DNA from: Macrostomum lignano
Lineage: Eukaryota
Assembly: GCA_002269645.1 (NCBI GenBank)
Contig: NIVC01000401.1
Coordinates: forward strand, 62,001-126,000
DNA: 64,000 nucleotides
Direction of reading: 5' to 3'
In this document: positions 46,801-58,309 of the stretch, piece after piece
Layout: each line of letters starts with the position of its first letter
Position numbering within the stretch: position 1 is the stretch's first letter
The notes under the pieces: model-generated
Databases searched by the model: none
What the model saw: the letters and a program-made list of their open reading frames with translations, nothing else
What the model was told of the DNA's origin: nothing
Translations under genes and position numbers: made by a program

Positions 46801-48771
46801 ATTTCAATAGAATCTGTTCAACATTTACTGTTATTTGCATGTATTGAAAGGCTCAATGCGCTCCAGAATATAAATTATGTATAAATTATTTTTCCAGGTC
46901 CGACAGAAAGACGAAAACTTTCTAGACCTCTCCGTAGACATCGAGCAAAACTCCAGCTTACTCAGCTGCTTAAAATGCTTCTCTAATTTAGAAACAATGC
47001 AGCACGAGAATAAGTACTTTTGCGAATTCTGCTCCTCAAAGCAGGAAGCTACGAAAAGAATGAAGCTAAAAAAGCTGCCCCTAGTATTGGCTTTGCACCT
47101 GAAGCGATTCAAATTTATTGAACAAATGTCCCGTCACGTGAAAGTTAATTCTCGGGTTGTATTTCCTCTGGAGCTAAGCCTGTCGTCAACATTTGATGAG
47201 AGCAATCCAGAGCGAGTGTACGACCTGGTGTCTGTAGTTGTCCACTGCGGCTGCGGCCCGAACAGGGGGCATTACATCACCATTGTGAAGTCGCACGGCC
47301 TCTGGCTTCTATTTGACGATGATATTGTTGAGGTAAGCTATCGGTCTGAAACCTGTGTAGCATACCCCTGGATGAGCAGGGAGTAGCATAACACCTGGAT
47401 GAGCAGGGAGTAGCATAACACCTGGATGAGCAGGGAGTAGCATAACCCCTGGATGAGCAGGGAGTAGCATAACCCCTGGATGAGCAGGGAGTAGCATAAC
47501 ACCTGGATGAGCAGGGAGTAGCATACCCCCTGGATGAGCGGGGAGTAGCATACCCCCTGGATGAGCAGGGAGTAGCATACCCCCTGGATGAGCAGGGAGT
47601 AGCATACCCTCTGGATGAGCAGGGAGTAGCATACCCCCTGGATGAGCAGGGAGTAGCATACCCCCTGGATGAGCAGGGAGTAGCATACCCCCTGGATGAG
47701 CAGGGAGTAGCATAACACCTGGATGAGCAGGGAGTAGCATACCCCCTGGATGAGCAGGGAGTAGCATACCCCCTGGATGAGCAGGGAGTAGCATACCCCC
47801 TGGATGAGCAGGGAGTAGCATACCCCCTGGATGAGCAGGGAGTAGCATACCCCCTGGATGAGCAGGGAGTAGCATAACACCTGGATGAGCAGGGAGTAGC
47901 ATAACCCCTGGATGAGCAGGGAGTAGCATACCCTCTGGATGAGCAGAAAGTAGCATACCCCCTGGATGAGCAGGGAGTAGCATAACCCCTGGATGAGCAG
48001 GGAGTAGCATAACCCCTGGATGAGCAGGGAGTAGCATACCCCCTGGATGAGCAGAAAGTAGCATACCCCCTGGATGAGCAGGGAGTAGCATAACCCCTGG
48101 ATGAGCAGGGAGTAGCATAACCCCTGGATGAGCAGGGAGTAGCATAACCCCTGGATGAGCAGGGAGTAGCATAACCCCTGGATGAGCAGGGAGTAGCATA
48201 CCCCTGGATGAGCAGGGAGTAGCATACCCCCTGGATGAGCAGGGAGTAGCATACCCCTGGATGAGCAGGGAGTAGCATACCCCCTGGATGAGCAGGGAGT
48301 AGCATACCCCTGGATGAGCAGGGAGTAGCATACCCCTGGATGAGCAGGGAGTAGCATAACACCTGGATGAGCAGAGAGTAAGTAGGCTACCTGTCTGTCA
48401 ATTTGAGACACAAAAATGAAATAAAAGAGAGACGAGCTCGTAATTGCGTCCTCGCCCATTCGCTGTCTCAACCAACCTCCCCCCCTCTCTTGGCCTTGCA
48501 GAAAATCGACCCCTCCCATATTGAGGAATTCTACGGCCTGGGCTCCGACTCGCCTCGCAGTAACGACAGCGGCTATTTGCTGTTCTACCAGGCCAGGGAC
48601 CCATCGGCCCCGCCTCAGCCTACCACTGCCGTCCCGGCCGCTAGCGCTGCTAGCACTGCAACAACCACAACCGCTACTGGCAGTAGTACTGCGACAACAA
48701 CCGCTGGCAATTCTGGCCACAGTAATCAGGGTTCGAATTCGGCCAGACCGGCTAGAGGTGACCGGGCGTAG
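40849..48771 (+). CDS. USP46: Ubiquitin-specific protease USP12/USP46 ortholog, about 442 aa; exons 40849-40872 (tentative), 43206-43277, 44140-44667, 46898-47332, 48502-48771
   Basis: GSQLEKEL...NEHYFGLVN|[14 protein letters not shown] (Cys box), [23 protein letters not shown]...FDDD (His/Asp box), GYLLFYQ. All introns are phase 0 GT-AG. The first exon MQFFCLRM|G mirrors the conserved M|G junction but is less certain. USP12 and USP46 cannot be distinguished. Confidence 0.9.
41552..41968. mobile_element. hAT-type MITE, 417 bp, in USP12/46 intron 1
   Basis: TIRs CCAGGATGG(C)AATCTTTG; exact 8-bp TSD GAAGCCAA at 41544-41551 and 41969-41976; internal TGCGCA subterminal motifs. Confidence 0.85.
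43500..44055. repeat. 41-bp minisatellite (GAGCAGATAGAGTCAGTGGCTGGCAGTGGCTCACCAACAGT) in USP intron 2
   Basis: About 12 copies inside intron 43278-44139. Confidence 0.95.
44725..46800. repeat. 30/33-bp minisatellite (CTTCGG[TG]GGGCGCCGCTACCCTCCACTGTGTC) filling USP intron 3
   Basis: About 65 copies inside intron 44668-46897. Confidence 0.95.
47355..48380. repeat. 27-bp minisatellite (TGGATGAGCAGGGAGTAGCATACCCCC) filling USP intron 4
   Basis: About 38 copies inside intron 47333-48501. Confidence 0.95.
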
Positions 48772-49284
48772 CTGGCTTGAACCTGATTAAAAATAACGAA
48801 GCTTTCATTATTAATTTAATTATAAATATATCTTATATCTAAAGCTGAGTGGATCGATCGACCGGCCGGGTTTAACGCGTATCTCCTCCTAAACGGCTGG
48901 CAACTCAAATGCGGGACTTATATATAATATATAATTATAAATATTATTAGAATCATCATTTAAAATCCATTGCCCTATAGTTTCAAAAAACGTTTTCATA
49001 GAGTAAAAAAATATAATCTATTTAAAGAAAGGCTAGAAAAGAACCTTTTCACTTTTAAAACAGTTTTGAAAATTTTCGGATATAATTATTTGGCACTAAT
49101 TGCCTGTCCCCGTGTGTCTATTCATTTATAATAATAAGTTGCAAGTGTTTCAAATGTCCAGATGAATTTTTTAGTTATATTTCTTTCATGCTTTTTTATA
49201 GTTTCAAAGCAAATAATAATACCGCTAGAGAAACGTATTGTTGCTTATGTGATATTTGACTGCCACTTGTGATGTCGAAACCCT

Positions 49285-49450
49285 TCTTAATCTAGTTGAA
49301 TTCTTAGAAATCGTTAATTTAAGGCCTAGTTGAATTCTTAGAAATCGTTAATTGAAGGCCTAGTTGAATTCTTAGAAATCGTTAATTTAAGGCCTAGTTG
49401 AATTCTTAGAAATCGTTAAATGGAAGCCTAGTTGAATTCTTAGAAATCTT
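49285..49450. repeat. 34-bp tandem repeat (CCTAGTTGAATTCTTAGAAATCGTTAATTTAAGG)
   Basis: About 5 copies. Confidence 0.85.
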
Positions 49451-50019
49451 TTAAAAGAAGCCTCGTTAGATTCTTAAAAACATTGTATGGGATTCTAATC
49501 ATTTCTAAGAGTTTTGTTAACTGGAATGTGTTAAAAAAAATAGACAGTCTGTTGAGTTTCTTTGCAGTTTTTCTTTACGACAATGTAAACAGTGTTTCTA
49601 GCTCGCGAAATCTTTCACTATAATTCAGGAGCATTCTCTATCTTACTCGTAATAACTAACTTAATAAAAAATTATTAGATTCAATTGAATTTCCGCAACT
49701 ACTCATACAGTAGCAAGTTTCGCGCATTCGACTTTTTAATTTGTCTTGTTTTTCTACACTTTCCGACTGTAACTACTTATTCGATTAAATAAGTAGTGTG
49801 CGCTACAAAGATTTAATAATTATTTATCCTGGTGGTTCATGTACACTTTTTTTACGTTTTGTGCCGCGCTAATGTAATATCTGACATATCGTGTTTGAAA
49901 ATGTGTGGTTTTTCTTTTGGCACTGTAAAACTGACTTTAATTTTTTATTTGTTTAACTATGCATCAAAACAAAATAACTAGCCACTTTAACAGTCTGATG
50001 AAGCATAAATTTAATCATA

Positions 50020-51110
50020 GCTTAGATCCTCACCTCCTCTAATTGAATCCCAGCTAGATCCTCACCTCCCCTAATTGAATCCCAGCTAGATCCTCACCTG
50101 CCCTAATTGAATCCCAGCTAGATCCTCACCTCCCCTAATTGAATCCCAGCTAGATCCTCACCTGCCCTAATTGAATCCCAGCTAGATCCTCACCTCCCCT
50201 AATTGAATCCCAGCTAGATCCTCACCTGCCCTAATTGAATCCCAGCTAGATCCTCACCTCCTCTAATTGAATCCCAGATAGATCCTCACCTCCTCTAATT
50301 GAATCCCAGCTAGATCCTCACCTGCCCTAATTGAATCCCAGATAGATCCTCACCTCCTCTAATTGAATCCCAGCTAAATCCTCACCTGCCCTAATTGAAT
50401 CCCAGCTAGATTCTCACCTCCTCTAATTGAATCCCAGCTAGATCCTCACCTGCCCTAATTGAATCCCAGCTAGATCCTCACCTGCCATAATTGAATCCCA
50501 GCTAGATTCTCACCTCCTCTAATTGAATCCCAGCTAGATCCTCACCTGCCCTAATTGAATCCCAGATAGATCCTCACCTCCTCTAATTGAATCCCAGCTA
50601 AATCCTCACCTGCCCTAATTGAATCCCAGCTAGATTCTCACCTCCTCTAATTGAATCCCAGCTAGATCCTCACCTGCCCTAATTGAATCCCAGCTAGATC
50701 CTCACCTGCCCTAATTGAATCCCAGGTTGATTCTCATCTCGCCTAATTGAATCCCAAGTTGATTCTCATCTCGCCTAATTGAATCCCAGGTTGATTCTCA
50801 CCTGCCCTAATTGAATCCCAGGTTGATTCTCATCTCGCCTAATTGAATCCCAGCTAGATCCTCACCTGCCCTAATTGAATCCCAGGTTGACTCTCATCTC
50901 GCCTAATTGAGTCCCAGGTTGATTCTCATCTCGCCTAATTGAATCCCAGGTTGATTCTCATCTCGCCTAATTGAATCCCAGGTTGATTCTCATCTCGCCT
51001 AATTGAATCCCAGGTTGATTCTCATCTCGCCTAATTGAATCCCAGGTTGATTCTCATCTCGCCTAATTGAATCCCAAGTTGATTCTTATCTCGCCTAATT
51101 GAATCCCAAG
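50020..51110. repeat. 32-bp minisatellite (CTAATTGAATCCCAGCTAGATCCTCACCTGCC)
   Basis: About 34 copies; switches to a CCCAGGTTGATTCTCATCTCGC variant after about 50720. Confidence 0.95.
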
Positions 51111-51929
51111 TATATTTATTACAAGTTACATTGAAGCGTTAGTTAAACTTGTGTCTTAACTGTTGAGAGGTTAATTTTATTTTAATTTTAACAATAGTGA
51201 AGGGCTTAATTAATGTTAAATAGGGAAGCAGGTAATTTGTGAAGTATGCTCATCTTTCTCGTTTTATACTAAATCTGTGGGTAGATGCGTGGGCTGTTAC
51301 GCTTATTATTTATATAACAGTTAGTAAGAATGCTATTGTATGTATAATTATTAGTACTAAGACAGAAATTAAAACACTAACTAAATCTTTATTCCTTCAT
51401 TTTTCATACGCGGTACTTCATTTTTTTGCTTTAGAAAAGATACGTAATCTGACTGCGCAACTGACTCGATTCTAACTTTTTTAATAACAAATGTAAATGA
51501 AACTAATACTGCTTGCAAATTAGTGCTGTTTAACTTAATTATAAATGAATAAGATTTCTCCCCGTATTGCATTGCTTAATGTATGCAAATTGCTACATAT
51601 TATTATATTTATTAAGTTTATTGTATTTTTAACTTGCACTGTGACATTGTCAAGATTAAAGAGTACACTATATAATTACATATTATATATAAAGCATATT
51701 TTGATGCCTTAGATTAAGAGTGTCAGTAGATTTACATGGCTTTTCGTTTTTTTATTTTCTGAAATTCTAATAGATTCTTAGAGATTTTAAAAAATGAGTT
51801 AGAAGTGCAAAGAACGACGCTTCATAATGTTCACATCTAACAGTGCGTACACTTTGTGTGATGATGCTTTAAACCGCCTAATTGTCTGTACTAATAATAT
51901 TAGTGACTAAAAACGTTTGCCTAATGATC

Positions 51930-52270
51930 CATAAAATCGCCTAATAAGTCAGAAAATCGGCTAATATTTCGTAAAATCACCTAATAATTCATAAAATCGG
52001 CTAATATTACCTAAAAATCGCCTAATCCATAAAATCGTCTAATAATTAAAAAAATCGCCTAATAAGTTGGAAAATCGGGTAATAAATCTTAAAATCGCCT
52101 AATATTTCCTACAATCGCCTAATGATCTGTAAAATCGCCAGATAATCCATAAACTCGCGTAATACTTCATAAAATCAAATCACCTAAAAGCATAAACTCA
52201 ACTAATAATCCACAAAATCGACAATGAAATCCTAGAAATTGCCTAATATACTCAAATAACAAAATCGCCT
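51930..52270. repeat. Degenerate approximately 21-bp repeat with AAAATCGCCTAATA core
   Basis: More than 10 diverged copies upstream of the caspase gene. Confidence 0.7.
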
Positions 52271-52517
52271 GATGAATGTATGGAATCGCATAATATTATA
52301 TAAGTGCATACACTCAATTCATAATTCAGCTAATCGTCAAATGCTTGAGAAACTAACATGCAATCTGTAATTAGCTAATACTTTAGCTTATACTTTATAT
52401 TAGGTTGAAATTTTATGGTAGGAATTCATTTGATAGATTGAATCTGCAAGGTTGTCTGTCTTGGAGCATATCTAAGTAAAACTTGCTCGTGAAACTATGC
52501 ATGCGCAAGAGTGCACA

Positions 52518-55500
52518 ATGTCCGACTCCGTCAGTCAGCAGGACGCCGATCAGGTTGACGCCGGATTGTTCAGGCGCGGCGGCGGAAGGCGAGACCCCCC
52601 GCCTCCGCTGGAACCGCCAACGGGCGGCAATCCGGCGCCCAAACTTGCCGAATATCAAATGAATCACCCGAAACGCGGACTCTGTCTGATCTTCAATCAG
52701 GTTTGAGTTATGGATTTTAACCTCGGGTGCTGGCGCCTCTGGTGCTGGCGCCTCTGATGCTGGCGCCTCTGGTGCTGGCGCCTCTGATGCTGGCGCCTCT
52801 GGTGCTGGCGCCTCTGGTGCTGGCGCCTCTGGTGCTGGCGCCTCTGGTGCTGGCGCCTCTGGTGCTGGCGCCTCTGGTGCTGGCGCCTCTGGTGCTGGCG
52901 CCTCTGGTGCTGGCGCCTCTGGTGCTGGCGCCTCTGGTGCTGGCGCCTCTGGTGCTGGCGCCTCTGGTGCTGGCGCCTCTGGTGCTGGCGCCTCTGGTGC
53001 TGGCGCCTCTGGTGCTGGCGCCTCTGGTGCTGGCGCCTCTGGTGCTGGCGCCTCTGGTGCTGGCGCCTCTGGTGCTGGCGCCTCTGGTGCTGGCGCCTCT
53101 GGTGCTGGCGCCTCTGGTGCTGGCGCCTCTGGTGCTGGCGCCTCTGGTGCTGGCGCCTCTGGTGCTGGCGCCTCTGGTGCTGGCGCCTCTGGTGCTGGCG
53201 CCTCTGGTGCTGGCGCCTCTGGTGCTGGCGCCTCTGGTGCTGGCGCCTCTGGTGCTGGCGCCTCTGGTGCTGGCGCCTCTGGTGCTGGCGCCTCTGACTC
53301 TCCAGCAGTTCAGTGTAAAGGTAATCTAAAACTCGCCCCGTCCGCAGGTGACATTCGACCCCCGCACTGGCCAGTCCACCCGGATCGGCTCAGACGTTGA
53401 CGCCGACAATCTGGAGCGCAGTTTCAAACAGCTCGGCTTCTCCATCATGCCGTTTCGCGATCTCAGCTGCGAAAAAATCGTCTCTGTTATTAAAGAGACC
53501 GCCCGCAAGGACCACTCGAACTACGACTGTGTGGCAGTTGTCCTGCTGTCGCATGGCGAGAATGGCGCCATCTACGGCTCTGATGGCAAGATTAAAATGG
53601 AGAAGCTCTTCCGCCTGCTGCGGCCCGACTACTGCCCCACTCTGGCTGGCAAGCCGAAGCTGTTCTTCATCCAGGTCTGCCTGCTCTGTGTATCTGTCGT
53701 GTTCTGTGGTGGATTATCTGCCTTTCCTTTTCCCAGATCCTCAGTTGCTGGGCCAGCCTCCCAGATCCTCAGTTGCTGGGCCAGCCTCCCAGATCCTCAG
53801 TTGCTGGGCCAGCCTCCCAGAGTGTCAGTTGCTGGGCCAGCCTCCCAGATCCTCAGTTGCTGGGCCAGCCTCCCAGAGTGTCAGTTGCTGGGCCAGCCTC
53901 CCAGAGTGTCAGTTGCTGGGCCAGCCTCCCAGAGTGTCAGTTGCTGGGCCAGCCTCCCAGAGTGTCAGTTGCTGGGCCAGCCTCCCAGAGTGTCAGTTGC
54001 TGGGCCAGCCTCCCAGAGTGTCAGTTGCTGGGCCAGCCTCCCAGAGTGTCAGTTGCTGGGCCAGCCTCCCAGAGTGTCAGTTGCTGGGCCAGCCTCCCAG
54101 AGTGTCAGTTGCTGGATCAGCCTCCCAGATCCTCAGTTGCTGGACCAGCCTCCCAGATCCTCAGTTGCTGGGCCAGCCTCCCAGATCCTCAGTTGCTGGG
54201 CCAGCCTCCCAGAGTGTCAGTTGCTGGGCCAGCCTCCCAGAGTGTCAGTTGCTGGGCCAGCCTCCCAGAGTGTCAGTTGCTGGATCAGCCTCCCAGATCC
54301 TCAGTTGCTGGACCAGCCTCCCAGATCCTCAGTTGCTGGGCCAGCCTCCCAGAGTGTCAGTTGCTGGGCCAGCCTCCCAGAGTGTCAGTTGCTGGGCCAG
54401 CCTCCCAGAGTGTCAGTTGCTGGGCCAGCCTCCCAGAGTGTCAGTTGCTGGGCCAGCCTCCCAGAGTGTCAGTTGCTGGGCCAGCCTCCCAGAGTGTCAG
54501 TTGCTGGGCCAGCCTCCCAGAGTGTCAGTTGCTGGGCCAGCCTCCCAGAGTGTCAGTTGCTGGGCCAGCCTCCCAGAGTGTCAGTTGCTGGGCCAGCCTC
54601 CCAGAGTGTCAGTTGCTGGGCCAGCCTCCCAGAGTGTCAGTTGCTGGGCCAGCCTCCCAGAGTGTCAGTTGCTGGGCCAGCCTCCCAGAGTGTCAGTTGC
54701 TGGGCCAGCCTCCCAGAGTGTCAGTTGCTGGGCCAGCCTTCCAGAGTGTCAGTTGCTGGGCCAGCCTCCCAGAGTGTCAGTTGCTGGGCCAGCCTCCCAG
54801 AGTGTCAGTTGCTGGACCAGCCTCCCAGATCCTCAGTTGCTGGGCCAGCCTCCCAGAGTGTCAGTTGCTGGGCCAGCCTCCCAGATCCTCAGTTGCTGGG
54901 CCAGCCTCCCAGAGTGTCAGTTGCTGGGCCAGCCTCCCAGAGTGTCAGTTGCTGGGCCAGCCTCCCAGAGTGTCAGTTGCTGGGCCAGCCTCCCAGAGTG
55001 TCAGTTGCTGGGCCAGCCTCCCAGAGTGTCAGTTGCTGGGCCAGCCTCCCAGAGTGTCAGTTGCTGGGCCAGCCTCCCAGATCCTCAGTTGCTGGGCCAG
55101 CCTCCCAGAGTGTCAGTTGCTGGGCCAGCCTCCCAGAGTGTCAGTTGCTGGGCCAGCCTCCCAGATCCTCAGTTGCTGGGCCAGCCTCCCAGATCCTCAG
55201 TTGCTGGGCCAGCCTCCCAGATCCTCAGTTGCTGGGCCAGCCTCCCAGATCCTCAGTTGCTGGGCCAGCCTCCCAGATCCTCAGTTGCTGGGCCAGCCTC
55301 CGAGAGTGTCAGTTGCTGGGTCAGCCTCCCAGATCCTCAGTTGCTGGGCCAGCCTCCCAGATCCTCAGTTGCTGGGCCAGCCTCCCAGATCCTCAGTTGC
55401 TGGGCCAGCCTCCCAGAGTGTCAGTTGCTGGGTCAGCCTCCCAGATCCTCAGTTGCTGGGCCAGCCTCCCAGAGTGTCAGTTGCTGGGCCAGCCTCCCAG

Positions 55501-56161
55501 AGTGTCAGTTGCTGGGCCAGCCTCCCAGAGTGTCAGTTGCTGGGCCAGCCTCCCAGAGTGTCAGTTGCTGGGCCAGCCTCCCAGAGTGTCAGTTGCTGGG
55601 CCAGCCTCCCAGAGTGTCAGTTGCTGGGCCAGCCTCCCAGATCCTCAGTTGCTGGGCCAGCCTCCCAGATCCTTAGTTGCTGGGCCAGCCTCCCAGAGTG
55701 TCAGTTGCTGGGCCAGCCTCCCAGATCCTCAGTTGCTGGGCCAGCCTCCCAGATCCCTAACCCGGAGCCACCGCTGGCATTCGCAGGCTTGCCGCGGCAG
55801 CGAGTACGACAAAGGCTGCGAAGTTGCCGACGGAGATAACGGCACCGGCAGAGACGAGGAGGACGGCGGCAAGCTGTCGCGCATTCCGCTTGAGTCGGAC
55901 TTCTTGTACTTTTATTCAACACCGCCAGGGTACTACAGCTGGCGCAACGACATCCAGGGCAGCTGGTTCATCCAGCAGCTGTGCCACGTGCTGCAGAGGT
56001 ACGGCGACTCCGATGAGCTGGGGCACCTGCTGCTGATGGTGCAACAGGCTGTGGCCGGCAATTATCAGAGTAACACAAATGACGACAGCACCAGCGGTAT
56101 GAAGGAGATACCCGTGTCCGTGAGCACTCTGCGCAAGTTGGTCTATTTTCGACGCAAGTGA
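52518..56161 (+). CDS. Effector caspase (caspase-3/7-like), about 294 aa; exons 52518-52700, 53348-53674, 55787-56161
   Basis: Short prodomain with DQVD|A site, YQMNHPKRGLCLIFNQ, LLSHG (catalytic His), GKPKLFFIQ|ACRG (catalytic Cys), linker EVAD, ESDFLYFYSTPPGYYSWRN...GSWFIQ. Both introns are phase 0. An alternative ATG exists at 52497. Confidence 0.93.
52726..53297. repeat. Near-perfect 15-bp minisatellite (GGTGCTGGCGCCTCT) filling caspase intron 1
   Basis: About 38 copies, only two with a GA variant, inside intron 52701-53347. Confidence 0.97.
53730..55755. repeat. 28-bp minisatellite (AGTTGCTGGGCCAGCCTCCCAG + AGTGTC or ATCCTC) filling caspase intron 2
   Basis: About 72 copies inside intron 53675-55786. 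Confidence 0.97.
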
Positions 56162-56759
56162 ATGAATTGAAGTATTAGAGTGACTGGAAATAATACATTG
56201 TTGGAGTGTCTGTAATGGCTTCAACTTAGCGCCATAAGAGGGATCTTAAAAGGGTTAAAATGGTACCTTAGGAGGGTCAGTATGGCACCTTAGGAGGATT
56301 AATATGGCACCTTAAGTAGGAGGGTCAATATGGCACCTTAGTAGGGTTATAAGTTTATTTGACCAATTGAATTTGAAATTGAACAAGTTTTTGCGATTTT
56401 ATTCAATATTTGCTACTTTGTTTATTTTTTATAATACGATTTTACTCAACTTCTTTATATTCCGACATTGAATAAGACTTTGAAATTTTGTGCCTTCTAA
56501 CTGTGTTTTTTATCTTTTTTATTCATCCATCTGGACCCTGAGAAAAAAATGTGAGCGAAAACCGTATTTTACTACTTACTGTTGCTATTCTAGGACATTT
56601 TTTTTCTTTTCTAACTAAAATTATATCATGAATTGAACTCATACAATGCTTTGTTTGAATTTGGCTTTTTTCAGCACACTTTTTTATTGTAAGCGAATCC
56701 TGCTTGCTATTTTTATTCATACATTTATCCACGCAACTTAGACTAGATCTGAGTCCATT

Positions 56760-57290
56760 TCAATCGGTTTGAGTCGATTTGAGTCGGTTGGAATCGGTTG
56801 GAGTCGGTTTATTAGAGTCGGTTTGAGTCGGTTGGAGTCGGTTTGAGTCGGTTTGAGTCGGCTTGAGTCGGTTTGAATCGGTTTGAGTCGGTTTGAGTCG
56901 GTTTGAGTCGGTTTGAGTCGATTTGAGTCGGTTGGAATCGGTTGGAGTCGGTTTATTAGAGTCGGTTTGAGTCGGTTGGAGTCGGTTTGAGTCGGTTTGA
57001 GTCGGCTTGAGTCGGTTTGAATCGGTTTGAGTCGGTTTGAGTCGGTTTGAGTCGGTTTGAGTCGATTTGAGTCGGTTGGAATCGGTTGGAGTCGGTTTAT
57101 TAGAGTCGGTTTGAGTCGGTTGGAGTCGGTTTGAGTCGGTTTGAGTCGGCTTGAGTCAGTTTGAGTCGGCTTGAGTCAGTTTGAGTCGACTTAAATGGAT
57201 TTGAGTCGACTTGAGTGGGTTTGAGTCAATTTGAGTTGGTTGGAGTCGGTTCGAGTTGGTTTAAGTCGATTTGAGTCGGTTTGAGTGGAT
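56760..57290. repeat. 10-bp repeat (GAGTCGGTTT) with a 140-bp higher-order period
   Basis: The marker block GTCGATTTGAGTCGGTTGGAATCGGTTGGAGTCGGTTTATTA recurs three times about 140 bp apart. Confidence 0.9.
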
Positions 57291-58309
57291 TCTTTCGATC
57301 TGATATGAGATATTAATCGATCTGGATTGATTAATCTTAATAAACTTTTCCTTTTTGCCAAGTAGAATATACTGTCTATATTGTCACGGCTAAGTAACAA
57401 GAAAAATACACTTGACTTAATCAATATCTAACTCTAATAACTAAATAGCATGTATTGTGGCGTTGAACATTATGTCACTATTTCTTCGTCATTTAACAAA
57501 TTTTATACTTTAAAAGACATTTTATAGCTAGAATATAGCTGCTTTGCAAGATATATGTAAACTACTCTACTTTAAGTAGCATCCAACGACTGTTAGTAAA
57601 GCCTAGTTGTAAGTAAGTTAATGCAAAGATCCGGAAAGCGGCGGGCTGTCTGGCGCGCCGAATTTTTCAGTCGCCTTTCTTTCAAGCTTCAACATCGAGT
57701 CATTTCCAATTCCGACGCCGTCTCTCAATGGTCGGGCGCACACTTTGAAGATTGCGGGCGATACCCGCGTTGCGAGAGTGCGGCGGCGGCACCCTTGTTA
57801 TAAGAGGGCGAGAGCAAGAGACGGAAAGGGTCACTTGTCTCGAGTCTCGAGTGCCGCTTATAGGCTAACCGCAGTTAGTAATATGGAGCGGCGTGTGTGG
57901 GTCCTGCTTGTGCTCAAGTATCTGACTGGCCTATCGCACACACACACCGACTCTAATACCCTGTCCCCTATTACGCAATCAGCCTTTTCAAACCCTGCCG
58001 CCACCCCCCCCCCCCAGCTCTCCTCCCGCTTTGGTGGCCGCTGCCGCCGCCTCAGCCCCGGCAACGTCTCCCCACCGCCGGACTCAGTTTCCAAATTTTT
58101 CGACTCTCTCCCTCTTTCTCTCTCTCAGCTCTCCTCGAACCTGCGCGCGGCTTTTGGTTCGAGTATTCAAAATAATCACTTGAATGGCCCTGAAGAGGAG
58201 GTCGATTCCTGGCTTTTTCGCGCCTTTTTGCTATCTTTAATAATTCTTGTTGGTCTTGCTCTCTACTCCATCGTTAGCTGCAAAGTCGGACTACTTGCAG
58301 GCCCCACAC

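Noticed and set aside
44709-48720. [15 protein letters not shown] and MLLPAHPG repeat ORFs
   Set aside because: Lie within GT-AG introns of USP12/46 whose flanking exons join in frame.
52727-53329. 200-aa (VLAPL)n ORF
   Set aside because: 15-bp intronic array of the caspase gene.
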